39,033 nucleotides of DNA from an uncultured bacterium (GTDB taxonomy: Bacteria > Chlamydiota > Chlamydiia > Chlamydiales > JAAKFR01). The stretch is taken from NCBI GenBank assembly GCA_964643195.1, contig CAZXQV010000001.1:1-39033 (forward strand), in the 5' to 3' direction. Below the pieces are notes generated by a model that made no database searches, had not been told where the DNA came from, and worked only from the letters and a program-made list of their open reading frames with translations. Of this stretch, positions 1 through 10,558 are shown one piece after another; position 1 is the first letter of the stretch, and the number at the start of each line of letters is the position of its first letter. The position numbers and the translations under genes were made by a program.

Positions 1-2261
1 ACTACCACCCCCACGGTGAGCAGGTGATCTATCCGACACTTGTGCGTATGGCGCAGGATTGGTCGATGCGTTACTCGCTGATCGACGGTCAGGGTAACTT
101 TGGATCGATTGACGGAGATCCTCCAGCTGCGATGCGTTATACGGAAGCGCGTCTGCGAGGTAGCGCTCTCCAATTGATGGAAGATCTCGATAAAGAAACT
201 GTCGACATGATTCCCAACTACGATGAGACCAAGAGTGAACCAACAGTTTTTCCTGCCAAATTTCCCAATCTCTTGTGCAATGGTTCTTCTGGTATTGCTG
301 TTGGTATGGCTACCAACATCCCTCCTCACAATTTGAATGAACTGATTGCAGCTACGCTACTTGTTTTGCATGATAAACAAGTTACAATCGATGAGATCAT
401 GAAAGTGATGCCAGGTCCCGATTTTCCAACGGGTGGTGTGATCTGTGGGACTGCAGGCATCCGTGAGGCTTATCATACAGGGAGAGGACGCATCGTTTTG
501 CGTGGCAAAATGCGCGTCGAGCCACACCCTGACAAGCCTCATTGTGAACGGATCATCGTTGATGAGATTCCCTACAGCGTGAACAAATCGCGGTTGATCG
601 AACACATCGCTGACCTAGTGAATGAAAAGACGATGACAGGACTTTCCGATGTACGTGATGAATCGGACAAAGATGGACTACGCATTGTTTTTGATGTGAA
701 AAAAGGTGAGATGGCCGATGTCGTGATCAACCAGCTCTACAAATTCACCGATCTTCAGGTCACATTTGGCTGCAACATGCTCGCACTCGACAAGAATTTG
801 CCGAGAACTATGAACATTAAGCAGATGATTCAAGCGTGGATCTATCACCGCATCGACGTCATTCGCAGAAGAACACGCTATGAATTGACGAAAGCAGAAG
901 CGCGTGCGCATATTTTAGAAGGCTACCTGAAGGCGATTGATAATCTTGACGAAGTCGTCAAAATCGTACGTAAGAGCCCTAACCGCGATGTCGCGAAGGC
1001 GGAACTGATTGAGCGCTTTGACTTTACTGACAAACAAGCACACGCGGTTCTCGATCTTAGACTCTATCAATTGACTGGCCTCGAGCATGATAAGATTCAA
1101 GATGAATACCACCAGCTGCTTGAGAAGATTGCATATTACAAGAGTGTATTGGCTAGTGAAGAGCTTGTGAGAGGCATTATCTGCGATGAGCTTGCAGAGA
1201 TTGCTGGCAAAGCGCAGAGAGCTGAGCGTCTGACACAGATTGTCCAAGCAGAAGGTGATTTTAACGTCGAAGATTTGATCGCTGACGAACCTGTGATCAT
1301 CACTTTCTCGGAAGATGACTATGTGAAGCGTATGCCGATCTCTCTATTCCGTGAGCAGAAGCGGGGAGGAGCGGGTGTTGCAGGTATTGACATGCGCAAA
1401 GAGGATAGTTTAAAGGCTATTTACACAGCGACAACGCATGACTATTTGCTCTGCTTTACCAACTTTGGACGCTGTTATTGGTTGAAAGTTTGGCAGATTC
1501 CTGAGGGCGAAAGACGCTCTAAGGGCAAACCTTTGATCAATCTTCTTGAAGATATAATGCCTGGTGAGCGGATTGCTACGATCTTGCAGACCAAGGATTT
1601 TGAAGGGGATCGCTTTGTATTAACAGCAACAGCGAATGGCACTGTAAAGAAGACAGAGATCAGTGCCTTTAGCAATCAAAGACGCAAAGGGGTTCGGGCT
1701 GTTGAGATTATTGAGGGTGATGAGTTGATCGCTGCGAAGATGCTGCAGGGGGATGAGCAGGTGATGCTGTTCACCTACATGGGTATGGCGGTACGATTTG
1801 ATCATACACAAGCACGTCCGATGGGCCGGACGGCTCGGGGTGTGCGTGGAGTGCGCTTGAAGAACGAGGGTGACCGATTGGTCGGCTGTGAGGTGATTGC
1901 TTCGGAGCAACAGAGCATTTTGATTGTTTGTGAAAATGGTTATGGCAAGCGCTCGCTAGTCGAAGAGTTCCGTCAAACCAATCGTGGTGGTAGTGGAGTG
2001 CGCTCGATTATCACAAGCGAAAGAAATGGTAATGTGATTGGTGCGGTGACTGTGGCTGATGATGATGGTGTGGTTTTGATGTCGCAAGAGGGGCAGACTG
2101 TGCGCATCAGCATGCATGATGTGCGTGTGATGGGTCGTTCGACCCAGGGTGTGAAGCTTGTGAACTTGAAAGAGGGCGACAAGTTGCTGGGTCTTGTCAA
2201 GTTAGAGGCTCAGGAGATTGTAGAAGAGGAGCTTGCAGCGGCTGTTGAAGAAAGCCAATAA
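1..2261 (+). CDS. gyrA: DNA gyrase subunit A (5' end lies outside the window)
   Basis: The frame is open from nt 3 ([24 protein letters not shown], then [21 protein letters not shown]). This is the canonical GyrA region after the active-site Tyr. The C-terminal repeated beta-pinwheel blades (GGxGV, RxxGRxxxGV) are present. tmk-holB follow, as in Chlamydia. Confidence 0.95.
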   Translation, partial: YHPHGEQVIYPTLVRMAQDWSMRYSLIDGQGNFGSIDGDPPAAMRYTEARLRGSALQLMEDLDKETVDMIPNYDETKSEPTVFPAKFPNLLCNGSSGIAVGMATNIPPHNLNELIAATLLVLHDKQVTIDEIMKVMPGPDFPTGGVICGTAGIREAYHTGRGRIVLRGKMRVEPHPDKPHCERIIVDEIPYSVNKSRLIEHIADLVNEKTMTGLSDVRDESDKDGLRIVFDVKKGEMADVVINQLYKFTDLQVTFGCNMLALDKNLPRTMNIKQMIQAWIYHRIDVIRRRTRYELTKAEARAHILEGYLKAIDNLDEVVKIVRKSPNRDVAKAELIERFDFTDKQAHAVLDLRLYQLTGLEHDKIQDEYHQLLEKIAYYKSVLASEELVRGIICDELAEIAGKAQRAERLTQIVQAEGDFNVEDLIADEPVIITFSEDDYVKRMPISLFREQKRGGAGVAGIDMRKEDSLKAIYTATTHDYLLCFTNFGRCYWLKVWQIPEGERRSKGKPLINLLEDIMPGERIATILQTKDFEGDRFVLTATANGTVKKTEISAFSNQRRKGVRAVEIIEGDELIAAKMLQGDEQVMLFTYMGMAVRFDHTQARPMGRTARGVRGVRLKNEGDRLVGCEVIASEQQSILIVCENGYGKRSLVEEFRQTNRGGSGVRSIITSERNGNVIGAVTVADDDGVVLMSQEGQTVRISMHDVRVMGRSTQGVKLVNLKEGDKLLGLVKLEAQEIVEEELAAAVEESQ

Positions 2262-2886
2262 ACCCTACTCTGGATTTTTTCTGACTCTTGAAGGTGGAGA
2301 GGGGTGTGGTAAAACTACGCTCGCTGAGAAGCTCAAAGTTGAGTTAGTGAATAGAGGCACCCAAGTACTTCTGACTCGTGAGCCAGGCGGTACAAAGCTG
2401 TCTGAGAAGATCCGAGAGCTAGTGTTGGATCCCAATCTCGGATTGCCGATTTGTGAAAGAGCTGAGATGATGCTCTACCTAACGGCACGTGTACAGCAGC
2501 TGCATGAGCGCATTTTGCCGGCATTGCATCGAGGCCAGCTCGTGATCTGCGACCGATTCAATGACTCAACGCTCGCTTATCAAGCCTACGCTCGTCATCT
2601 AGGTATTGGTACAGTAGAAGAAATCTGCAATCTAGTTTGTGAGAATGTGACTCCTGATTGTACACTTCTTCTAGACCTTGACCCGAAGGTGGGGCTTTCA
2701 AGGCGGAAGCAAAAGGATCGGTTAGAGAGTGAAGCATTGCAATTTCATATGGATGTGAGGCAGGGTTATCTTCATCTACACGACAAATATCCTGAGAGAA
2801 TCAACTTGATCGACGCCTCTCAAACAATCGAAGAAGTTTTTCAAGAGGCCTTTAAAATAATCGAAAACAGATGCTTGAACGTCTAA
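2233..2886 (+). CDS. tmk: thymidylate kinase
   Basis: P-loop [14 protein letters not shown], followed by TREPGGT and DRF motifs. The length is right for Tmk. The start is uncertain: TTG at 2233 or at 2245, and the gene overlaps the gyrA stop. Confidence 0.9.
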   Translation: MQRLLKKANKPYSGFFLTLEGGEGCGKTTLAEKLKVELVNRGTQVLLTREPGGTKLSEKIRELVLDPNLGLPICERAEMMLYLTARVQQLHERILPALHRGQLVICDRFNDSTLAYQAYARHLGIGTVEEICNLVCENVTPDCTLLLDLDPKVGLSRRKQKDRLESEALQFHMDVRQGYLHLHDKYPERINLIDASQTIEEVFQEAFKIIENRCLNV

Positions 2887-3686
2887 AAAAGCTTCCCTCA
2901 GCACTTCTGCTTATTGGTGAATATAAGAGACTTGAGAATTTCATTCGCTCTAAAATCCAAAGTCAGAAAAAAGAGCATGTCGATGTGCACCACTACTTTC
3001 CTGAGGGTAAGAGCGGGATGCATCCTATAGATTCATTGAAAGAGCTGCAGAGTCAGGCGGCGCTTGAGCCTATGGAGGCACCTCTTAAATTCTTCATCAT
3101 TCACGATGCGGAGCGGATGCTGCCTACGAGCAGCAATGCTTTGTTAAAAACGCTCGAGGAGCCACCAGCGAAGACTATTTTGATATTGCTGACGAATCAC
3201 GAACAGCAGCTTTTGCCGACGATCCGTTCACGCTGCCAAACCTTCCGTTTCCCATTGCCTGCAAAAAAGGAAGAGCCTCTATTGGACAAGTTGCACGCGG
3301 CTTTTCTTGGGGATGAGGGAGCGATGCTAGAGCTAGACGCTGTTTTGGAAAAAGAGCGCAAAGTTTGGGAGAAGGAGCTGCTTGCTGGGCTGCCGAAAGA
3401 GACGACGCTTCTCCAGAAGGAGGCCATCATCAAGGAAATTGAGGGCACTGTCTCGATGCGTTATCAAACGCGCGTTTTTGCACTTTTTGAAGAACTATTG
3501 ATTTGGCAGAGAGATGAGGTAGCAAAAAGAGTGGGTTCCCCCCATTTGCTCGGAGATCGAGAGGTTCCGTTTCGTCCACTTTCGGCGCTTGTGAATGCTG
3601 TTTCGAAAGGGAGCGTTGCGATTCAGCGGGGGATGAAGCTTACATCAGTACTGGACTACATAGTCAATTCTAGCGCAATTTTGTAA
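2871..3686 (+). CDS. holB: DNA polymerase III delta' subunit
   Basis: NALLKTLEEPP and LPTIRSRCQ motifs typical of HolB/clamp-loader delta'. The start overlaps the tmk stop. Confidence 0.85.
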   Translation: MLERLKKLPSALLLIGEYKRLENFIRSKIQSQKKEHVDVHHYFPEGKSGMHPIDSLKELQSQAALEPMEAPLKFFIIHDAERMLPTSSNALLKTLEEPPAKTILILLTNHEQQLLPTIRSRCQTFRFPLPAKKEEPLLDKLHAAFLGDEGAMLELDAVLEKERKVWEKELLAGLPKETTLLQKEAIIKEIEGTVSMRYQTRVFALFEELLIWQRDEVAKRVGSPHLLGDREVPFRPLSALVNAVSKGSVAIQRGMKLTSVLDYIVNSSAIL

Positions 3687-3689
3687 CGC

Positions 3690-3732
3690 CTATGTTGCGT
3701 TCAATCAACTGCGTTGATGAACAGCAACATAG
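3690..3732. terminator. Intergenic hairpin between convergent genes (possible bidirectional terminator)
   Basis: ctatgttgcgttcaatcaac-tgc-gttgatgaacagcaacatag forms a stem of about 19 bp with one bulge. It lies between the holB stop (3686) and the esterase stop (3761). There is no clear U-run. Confidence 0.4.
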
Positions 3733-3760
3733 ATATATGATATGCGTTAACAAGCCATGA

Positions 3761-4447
3761 TCAAACAAAAAGCTTGTTGAGGAAGGGCTGCAGCTCCAGC
3801 AATAAAGAGAAGGGCACTTCGTGGCCGCCATTGAATGTGATCATTTTGCCTTTCAAACCACCGGCAAGCAGTAGCTTCTCTAATTTCTCTGCAAGCAGAT
3901 AGGGCAATACATCATCATTCTTTCCATGGCTCATGAAAAAAGGAAGTCCTTGGTGTTTCCTACAAAGATCTTTCCATTCTGCTTCATGCACAACTGTTCC
4001 AGATAAAATGACCAATGCTTTTATCTGTTCAGAAAAAGTGAGCGCAGTCTCAATGGCCATTACAGCTCCTTGACTAAAGCCGCCCAGCACCAATTTGTCA
4101 TGAGGTGTCTTTAATTCATCCAAAAAGAGAGAAAGCTTCTTCGACGCTCTTGATAAATCGGGAGAAAGTCTTTTGTTGATCTCATCAAACTGTTTTTTTT
4201 CTGCTGCTTCTCGGATTTTTATCACATCGACAGGAAACCAGCCATAGCCTGTATAGTCAGGACCAAAAACAATCTTTTCAAAGCCATTTGGAAAGATCCA
4301 ACGTGGTCCTGGACAGACACGAGATAAAGGCGCTAAATCTGAATGAGTAGAACCATATCCATGGAGCAATACAACCGTACCAAGAGCGGAATCGCCCGGT
4401 ACTTCGATGCAATCGATTCCACCGATTTTGATTTCGTTGAACTTCAT
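3761..4447 (-). CDS. phospholipase/carboxylesterase-family alpha/beta hydrolase
   Basis: HGYG oxyanion region, GFSQGA nucleophile elbow, later NDDV and GGHEV (Ser-Asp-His triad order). About 228 aa, as in the PF02230-type esterases. Confidence 0.8.
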   Translation of the reverse strand: MKFNEIKIGGIDCIEVPGDSALGTVVLLHGYGSTHSDLAPLSRVCPGPRWIFPNGFEKIVFGPDYTGYGWFPVDVIKIREAAEKKQFDEINKRLSPDLSRASKKLSLFLDELKTPHDKLVLGGFSQGAVMAIETALTFSEQIKALVILSGTVVHEAEWKDLCRKHQGLPFFMSHGKNDDVLPYLLAEKLEKLLLAGGLKGKMITFNGGHEVPFSLLLELQPFLNKLFV

Positions 4448-5088
4448 TTACAACGCTCCTGAACAAGGGGCCAGTTAATGTTATTGAAAAAGGCTTCGAT
4501 GTAGCCTTTGCGGTCCAGCCCATAATCTGAAAGATAGGCATGTTCCCAAACATCCATGATCAAAATAGGCTTTCCTCCAGCCAAGTGACCATGATCATGC
4601 TCAGCAACCCAAAGATTGACAAGACGCCCAGAAACGGGGTCACTATAGAGAATGACCCAACCAATACCGCGCATCAAGCCTGTTGCTCGGAAATCTTTTT
4701 CCCAATTTTCCAAGCTGCCAAAATCGGCAACAATCTGCTTTGCAAGAGCACTATCGGGATTGATAGAAGAGCCATGACCACCTAGATTTTCGAAGTAAAG
4801 CTCGTGTAAGCGCATCCCATCAAAATCCCACATCAATCGTCTTTTATACTCAGAAAACTCAAGTGAATCCTGTTTATTTTCATCGCGAAGCTGATTGAGC
4901 TTTTCCAAAAAAGTGTTTGTTGTTCTGACATAGCCCGCATAGAGCGTAAAATGCATCTGGAGTAATTGATTGGAAAATCCAGGCATTCCATAGAGATTGC
5001 TGAAATCGCGAGCAGCATAGGGTTTTGGAGGAACAGCAAAAGAACATAGCAATAAGGCCAAATTGACTAAGATTAATAGTTTTCGCAT
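4444..5088 (-). CDS. Fe/Mn-family superoxide dismutase with N-terminal signal peptide
   Basis: C-terminal DVWEHAYLSDY plus INWPLV signature of Fe/Mn SOD. N-terminal hydrophobic leader MRKLLILVNLALLLCSFA. There is a 4-nt ATGA overlap with the downstream esterase gene. Confidence 0.85.
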   Translation of the reverse strand: MRKLLILVNLALLLCSFAVPPKPYAARDFSNLYGMPGFSNQLLQMHFTLYAGYVRTTNTFLEKLNQLRDENKQDSLEFSEYKRRLMWDFDGMRLHELYFENLGGHGSSINPDSALAKQIVADFGSLENWEKDFRATGLMRGIGWVILYSDPVSGRLVNLWVAEHDHGHLAGGKPILIMDVWEHAYLSDYGLDRKGYIEAFFNNINWPLVQERCK

Positions 5089-5151
5089 AAAAAAACACTA
5101 TACCTAAACTAGCCTGGCATTGCAATATTAGATTTTTTCAAGGAGAACAAA

Positions 5152-5661
5152 ATGAGACGAGAAGTAACAATTCAGGGTAAGATTTTTCACTTAGCAGGAA
5201 AAGAAACAGCACTTGGGAAGAAAGCTCCTGACTGTACACTGGTCAATAGCGAAATGCAGGATGTGAAACTCTCTTCACTTTTTGGGAAGGTGACTCTGCT
5301 CATTGTTGTTCCTTCAGTCGATACCGCAGTTTGTAGCATTGAGGCAAAGCGTTTTAACACAGAGCTTGCCCTCATGAGTTCAGCTGTGCAGCCTCTTCTT
5401 GTTAGTATGGATCTGCCTTTTGCGCAGAAGCGCTGGTGCGGTGCTGAGCATGTAGAGAGGCTCAAAATGCTTTCTGATTTCCGACATAAAGAGTTGGGAG
5501 AGAAATATGGTTTGCTAATCAAAGAGTTAGGTATTTTGACGCGGGCTATTTTCTTGATCGATGAGGAGGGTGTTGTGCGTTATGTGCAAATTGTGGATGA
5601 GGTTTCGAATGAGCCTGATTACGACCGAGCGCTCGATGAAATCGATCATCTGCTTTTATAG
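5152..5661 (+). CDS. tpx: thiol peroxidase (atypical 2-Cys peroxiredoxin)
   Basis: PSVDTAVCSIEAKRFN active-site context, a second Cys in QKRWCGAE, and 169 aa. An AGGAG-like SD (aaggagaac) lies upstream. Confidence 0.9.
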   Translation: MRREVTIQGKIFHLAGKETALGKKAPDCTLVNSEMQDVKLSSLFGKVTLLIVVPSVDTAVCSIEAKRFNTELALMSSAVQPLLVSMDLPFAQKRWCGAEHVERLKMLSDFRHKELGEKYGLLIKELGILTRAIFLIDEEGVVRYVQIVDEVSNEPDYDRALDEIDHLLL

Positions 5662-5739
5662 CCGATTCAATTTGAATGGATCATTTTCACCGCGTCAAAG
5701 CTCTCGGGCTTGCTGTCAATCACGTAGAATTTTAGCCTA

Positions 5740-6648
5740 CTATTCCTTTTTCAAAAGCTCGGGACCGACACCCATCGCATGCATTCCGTTGTCAACGTAA
5801 AGCGTTACACCCGTAATTGCTGATGCTAGGCTCGACACCAAAAACGCTGCTGTATGACCCACTTCCCTTGCTTGAATAGGACGGGGAAGCGGCGCTCCTG
5901 CCTCTGCGTAGTCAATCATCTTTTCGATAAAGCCAATTGCCTTTGCAGCGCGGCTTCCCCACGCTCCCGCTGAAATCGTATTCACCCGGAAACCCCACTT
6001 CCGGCCAGCTTCAAATGCCAGCATCCGTGTGTCGCTTTCTAATGCAGCTTTCGCTGAACTCATCCCGCCGCCATAACCGGGCACTGCCCGTTCAGAAGCG
6101 AGGTAAGTCAGAGAGAGTGTAGACCCACCCTCATTCATCATAGGGCCGAAATGCTGCAGCAAACTCACAAAAGAATAGGCAGAAGCGCTGATAGCTGCTA
6201 AGTAACCTTTGCGCGAAACTTCTAATAGGGGACTCTTAATCTCAGGACCATTCGCCAAGCTATGGACCAAAATGTCGATATTGCCAAAATCTCTCTTCAC
6301 AGCTCCTGCTACTTCAGAAACCGTATATCCTTCGGCATTCACATAACGCTTGTTTTCACGGATCTCTTGAGGCACATCTTCAGGAGTGTCAAACATCGCA
6401 TCCAAAGCATACACCTTGGCAAACTCCATCAAAGAGCCATCGCTCAATTTGCGCGATTCATCAAACTTTCCACTTTCCAGAGCGTGCGTAAAAATCTTCA
6501 GAATCGGAGTCCATGTACCGACCAAAATCGTTGCGCCGGCCTCAGCAAGCGCTCTTGCTATCGCCCATCCAAAACCGTTGTCATCACCAATGCCCGCAAT
6601 AAAGGCACGCTTTCCTTTCAAATCAATATTGAGCATCTTTTCCTCCAA
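5740..6648 (-). CDS. fabI: enoyl-ACP reductase (NADH), chlamydial/plant-type FabI
   Basis: [17 protein letters not shown]ossmann motif, [26 protein letters not shown] catalytic region, and the ITG-TLYVD--- tail. It recalls chlamydial FabI almost residue for residue. The start could be the second Met (6636). Confidence 0.93.
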   Translation of the reverse strand: MEEKMLNIDLKGKRAFIAGIGDDNGFGWAIARALAEAGATILVGTWTPILKIFTHALESGKFDESRKLSDGSLMEFAKVYALDAMFDTPEDVPQEIRENKRYVNAEGYTVSEVAGAVKRDFGNIDILVHSLANGPEIKSPLLEVSRKGYLAAISASAYSFVSLLQHFGPMMNEGGSTLSLTYLASERAVPGYGGGMSSAKAALESDTRMLAFEAGRKWGFRVNTISAGAWGSRAAKAIGFIEKMIDYAEAGAPLPRPIQAREVGHTAAFLVSSLASAITGVTLYVDNGMHAMGVGPELLKKE

Positions 6649-7396
6649 ACTCTACGACTCCCTCTACCCATTCATTGGTGAAGGGATGAACAAATTTTAT
6701 TTTTCTCGCATGCAAAAGGGGTCTGAATACTTTCGCTTGCTCCCGATTTCCATAGTCAGCATCCCCAATGATGGGACAACCTAGCTCCTTCATGTGCAGA
6801 CGCAACTGGTGCGTTCGGCCTGTCTCTGGAAACAGACGGATCTCAGCACTATTCCGATTGCGCTTCGCCACACTCCAGCGCGTGATCGATGTCAAACCCT
6901 CGTTAGCCTTTCTCCACAAAACAGCACCCTCACGCCTTTTGTGCACAGCCATCTTCATCCGGATCACACCAAAATCGGCTTGCGGAGGAGGAGAAACCAG
7001 CGCTCGGTATTCCTTTTCTACCTTATGCTCAAAAAAAAGAGCCTCAAGTTTTGCCTGTGCCTCCATCGTTTTAGCGCAAACGATGACGCCCGTCGTATCA
7101 CGATCCAAACGGTGTACCGGAAGATGAGGTAATTTTTCTGATGCAAGTCCCGGTGGTTTATTGTAGATCGCAAGATGCTCATCTTCAAAGACAACTTTCA
7201 GTTTAGGCTGCTCTGTTGTTACATAGAGATGGATCACGTCGCCCTTTTTCAAGCGAACGGAACAGAAGCGCTCGACCTGTCCATTGACTCGGCAGCGATT
7301 ATTCTCAACGAGCCAGCGTACTTGCTTGGCGGGGAGCTCTACTTTACTTTTTAAAAAAGTAAGTAGCTTTTCTGATTTCTCCATTGACCATCTCAT
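6623..7396 (-). CDS. RluA-family 23S rRNA/tRNA pseudouridine synthase
   Basis: N-terminal S4-like segment, catalytic [10 protein letters not shown] motif and RTHQLRLH motif. Confidence 0.88.
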   Translation of the reverse strand: MRWSMEKSEKLLTFLKSKVELPAKQVRWLVENNRCRVNGQVERFCSVRLKKGDVIHLYVTTEQPKLKVVFEDEHLAIYNKPPGLASEKLPHLPVHRLDRDTTGVIVCAKTMEAQAKLEALFFEHKVEKEYRALVSPPPQADFGVIRMKMAVHKRREGAVLWRKANEGLTSITRWSVAKRNRNSAEIRLFPETGRTHQLRLHMKELGCPIIGDADYGNREQAKVFRPLLHARKIKFVHPFTNEWVEGVVEFGGKDAQY

Positions 7397-7421
7397 AATA
7401 ATCGAATATTCTACCCTCTCG

Positions 7422-8357
7422 ATGAAATACTTAATAGTGAAAACTTCCTCTCTTGGGGATATCCTCCAGAGCTTTCCGGTGGCCTCGTTCCTCCGGAATA
7501 AATCCCCTTACGGCGAGATCAGCTGGCTTGTTGAAGAAAAATTTGCCTCTTTAGTCCGTGCTCACCCAGAGGTGGACCATGTAATCACGATGAAAAGACG
7601 CTTTAAAATACCGCTCTCTTTCGGTCTTAGAGCAAAGAGTTATGATGTGCTTTTTGACCTACAGGGCAACTGCAAATCCGCGCTTTTGACTCTCTTCGCC
7701 GATGCCAAGGCAAAGGTGGGATTTGCTTGGAAAGATTTGGCAGAAATGCCGAGCGGCTTTGCCACCAATGTCAAATTCACCATTGAAAAAGGCAAAAATA
7801 TCGGGGAGGACTACCTCTCTTTAGCTCAGAACTATTTTCATGATTTTACTCCTTTTGTAGCCAAACCCTTTCTTTTTCCTCTTACAGAAAAGGAAGAAGG
7901 AGAGATCGCTATTCTCCCAAGAGGAACTTTGGTTTGTCCTGGAGCTGCTTGGCCCAGCAAGCGACTGCCCTTGGAGAGTTGGGGACCGATTTTAGAGAAA
8001 GTCGAGGGTCCTATCCAATTTGTGTGGGGAAACGAAACGGAGAAGGCATTTGTAGAAAAGCTTGAGAAGTATGGGATGGTCTTGCCAAAGCTCACGCTTG
8101 CTCAATTGCAGAATTTAATGGCAAGAAGTGTGAGGGTAATTGCAATGGACTCTCTGCCTCTTCATCTGTGTGCCACAACCGGCACGCCTGCCTTTGCCTA
8201 TTTTGGGCCGAGCTCCATGCAAAAGTTCTTGCCAAAAGGTTGTCATGGAGTCCAGGGGAGTTGCCCCTTCCATGTGACTTTTGAAAGGCGCTGTCCAAAA
8301 TTGCGCTCCTGCTCTGCCCCTTGCATTAAAAACTCAGCTTACGCACTTTTTCTCTGA
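7422..8357 (+). CDS. glycosyltransferase family 9 (LPS heptosyltransferase-like)
   Basis: N-terminus MKYLIVKTSSLGDILQSFPV is the typical GT9 start. PGAAWPSKRLP and D-LPLHLCATTGTP motifs are present. The start is set at ATG 7422, because the longer ORF from 7284 overlaps the rlu gene on the other strand. Confidence 0.8.
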   Translation: MKYLIVKTSSLGDILQSFPVASFLRNKSPYGEISWLVEEKFASLVRAHPEVDHVITMKRRFKIPLSFGLRAKSYDVLFDLQGNCKSALLTLFADAKAKVGFAWKDLAEMPSGFATNVKFTIEKGKNIGEDYLSLAQNYFHDFTPFVAKPFLFPLTEKEEGEIAILPRGTLVCPGAAWPSKRLPLESWGPILEKVEGPIQFVWGNETEKAFVEKLEKYGMVLPKLTLAQLQNLMARSVRVIAMDSLPLHLCATTGTPAFAYFGPSSMQKFLPKGCHGVQGSCPFHVTFERRCPKLRSCSAPCIKNSAYALFL

Positions 8358-8481
8358 CCGAGAGGGATTGCTGCAGCCAATCTACAGCCGATCACTCCTT
8401 GATCAACTCGCAAGGAGTTGGCCTTCCTTGTGATCGTTGTATCTTGACCACATCAATCCCTCTCGGTCAGAGAAAAAGTGC
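8343..8481. repeat. 28-bp perfect inverted repeat with 83-nt structured spacer
   Basis: gcactttttctctgaccgagagggattg (8343-8370) and its exact reverse complement (8454-8481). The left arm contains the GT9 stop codon. The spacer holds a second imperfect palindrome (gatcactccttg...caagga...gtgatc). Confidence 0.85.
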
Positions 8482-8491
8482 CTAAGGTGAG

Positions 8492-9559
8492 TTAAAAATT
8501 CAAGTGAGACTCGACCAGCTTGATCGCAAGCTCGACTTTCTCTGTGTCATGGCCATCTATTTTCGCAACAAAAGAGCTGATCATGTGCATCGCTTCAAAA
8601 GTGGGATAGGGTGCATAAAGACTTGGGATCTCCGCCTCTCTCAAGGCCTCAATCACCTCTTGAGACGGTTTGTATTTGCCGGTAAAGATAAAACCCTGCT
8701 CCGGCTCTCCACTTTGGTGCATTTCGAGCAACGCATAGACAATGTCTTCACGAGTAGCTGGCGTAACAAGCAGCTGGTTTGCAGCTGTCATCTCCTTAAA
8801 AGTCGTAGCTGATGTGGCAACAAGACGAGGATGACCAAAATGTCTATAGTGATACTTCTCCCCAGAAAGCATTTTGGTTTTAAACAAGATTTCAAAATCC
8901 TCCATAGATGGTGTATTGAGCAGCTTGTTATAGGGGATCGCTCCAATCAACGGAATCTTCCAGCGGTCTAAGGCTTTTGTCATGTAATCCATAATCATCT
9001 GGCGCTTATCATCCAGCACGCGGTTGAGAATCACTCCAGAAACCTTCACGCCCATCTGATCACAAAGCGCTTTATTGAGATAGAGCTCATCAAAAGCGCT
9101 GCCAAGTCCACCTTTTGCAATGATGATGACATCGAGTCCCAGCTGTTTCGCTACTTTGGCATTATTGAGATCTATGATCGACCCAACACCCACATGGCCC
9201 GTTCCTTCCACGATTGTAAAATCATTCGCCTCACTGATGTGTTTGTAGCTCTCATCGATCCGCTTTTCCAAGTCGCTTGTCGAAATTCGCCCATCTAAAA
9301 AATTGCGGGTGAAGCCTCTAGGAAGAATCACTGGACTCATATGCGAATATTTGGCAGGCAGGTTGAAGTGTTCTTTGAATAGAACCACATCTTTATCGAC
9401 AAGTAGACAATCTTCTAGTTTAACATGTTGTTGTCCAACGGGTTTCATAAATCCCAGTTTGGTATAACGCTTTTGAAGCATAGCAATCATCCCTAAACAG
9501 ATGGTTGTTTTGCCCACGTTCTGACCCGTTGCTGCAATAAAAATGCCTTTCTTTGCCAT
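8492..9559 (-). CDS. P-loop (BioD/CobQ-like) plus DRTGG-like domain protein, resembling the N-terminal half of phosphotransacetylase
   Basis: GIFIAATGQNVGKTT P-loop, EGTGHVGVGS, and a C-terminal region LLVTPATREDIV in the position of the DRTGG motif. The function is not assignable from sequence alone. Confidence 0.6.
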   Translation of the reverse strand: MAKKGIFIAATGQNVGKTTICLGMIAMLQKRYTKLGFMKPVGQQHVKLEDCLLVDKDVVLFKEHFNLPAKYSHMSPVILPRGFTRNFLDGRISTSDLEKRIDESYKHISEANDFTIVEGTGHVGVGSIIDLNNAKVAKQLGLDVIIIAKGGLGSAFDELYLNKALCDQMGVKVSGVILNRVLDDKRQMIMDYMTKALDRWKIPLIGAIPYNKLLNTPSMEDFEILFKTKMLSGEKYHYRHFGHPRLVATSATTFKEMTAANQLLVTPATREDIVYALLEMHQSGEPEQGFIFTGKYKPSQEVIEALREAEIPSLYAPYPTFEAMHMISSFVAKIDGHDTEKVELAIKLVESHLNF

Positions 9560-9589
9560 CGTCCAGATGGTATTCTGCTCTTCCTTAGA

Positions 9590-10558
9590 ATGGAACTCAA
9601 AAAATGGTTTTTAGAAAATGGACGGGAGCTCGCCTTCCGGAAAGAGAGAACAGCCTATCGGGTCTGGGTCTCTGAAGTGATGCTGCAGCAGACGCAAGCT
9701 TCTGTTGTTGTTCCCTATTTTGAACGCTGGATGGAGGCATTTCCAACTGTGGAAGCCTTGGCAAGTGCGCCGATTGAGCAGGTTCTCAAATTATGGGAGG
9801 GGCTTGGCTACTATTCAAGAGCGCGCAATTTGCACAAAGGAGCCCAGGAGATCGTGCGGCTTGGCGCTTTTCCAAAAGATTTGGAAAGCATCAGCGGGAT
9901 TGGTCCTTATACAGCTGGAGCGATCCGTAGTTTTGCTTTCAAAGAGAGGGCTGCAGCAGTTGATGGCAATGTATTGAGGGTGATGTCACGTTTTTTGGGG
10001 GAGGGAGGAGAGATCGATAAACCTCACGTGCGTAAAAAGCTAACAGAGGCTGTTGAAGCCTTTCTACCAGAAGAGGAGCCTTGGGTTGCGATGGAGGCGT
10101 TGATCGAACTCGGTGCTCTTGTCTGCCAAAAGCGGCCTAAATGTAGCGGTTGTCCTCTCCAAGGCGGCTGCCAAGCTTTTCGGCATGGATTAGAGCTGCC
10201 GAAACGATCTCCAAGAGCAAAAACCATCTTTTTGGAGAGGACTGTGGCTGTGATTGAGTGCGAAGGCTTCCTTTTTGTGAAGCAAGGGGAGAGAGGTCAG
10301 GTGATGGCTGACCTCTATGAGTTTCCCTACCTAGAGGGGAATAGGGTATGGACCGATTTTGATCTGGGTTTGAAGCTTGAGTATGTAAAAGCGCTGCCTG
10401 AAGAGAAGCATAGCTTCACGAAATACCGTGTCACTCTCTATCCTCATTTTTTGAGAGCGAAGATGCGCTCTAATGAGGGGTGGAAAAAAAGGGAGGAGTT
10501 GGGCAAACTACCTTTTTCATCAGGCCATAAGAGAATCTATGAAAATCTTACATACTGA
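9590..10558 (+). CDS. mutY: A/G-specific adenine DNA glycosylase
   Basis: VSEVMLQQTQ, GLGYYSRARNLH, the HhH GIGPYTAGAI, a 4Fe-4S Cys cluster C-x6-C-x2-C-x5-C (CQKRPKCSGCPLQGGC), and a C-terminal NUDIX-like domain. Confidence 0.92.
   Translation: MELKKWFLENGRELAFRKERTAYRVWVSEVMLQQTQASVVVPYFERWMEAFPTVEALASAPIEQVLKLWEGLGYYSRARNLHKGAQEIVRLGAFPKDLESISGIGPYTAGAIRSFAFKERAAAVDGNVLRVMSRFLGEGGEIDKPHVRKKLTEAVEAFLPEEEPWVAMEALIELGALVCQKRPKCSGCPLQGGCQAFRHGLELPKRSPRAKTIFLERTVAVIECEGFLFVKQGERGQVMADLYEFPYLEGNRVWTDFDLGLKLEYVKALPEEKHSFTKYRVTLYPHFLRAKMRSNEGWKKREELGKLPFSSGHKRIYENLTY

Noticed and set aside
6262-6784. 139-aa and 132-aa plus-strand ORFs
   Set aside because: They are antisense to the very well supported fabI gene and to the end of the rlu gene.
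7284-7421. Long N-terminal extension of the GT9 gene (ORF from 7284)
   Set aside because: The extension overlaps the 5' end of the pseudouridine synthase gene on the opposite strand. The canonical GT9 N-terminus (MKYLIVKTSSLGD) begins at ATG 7422.
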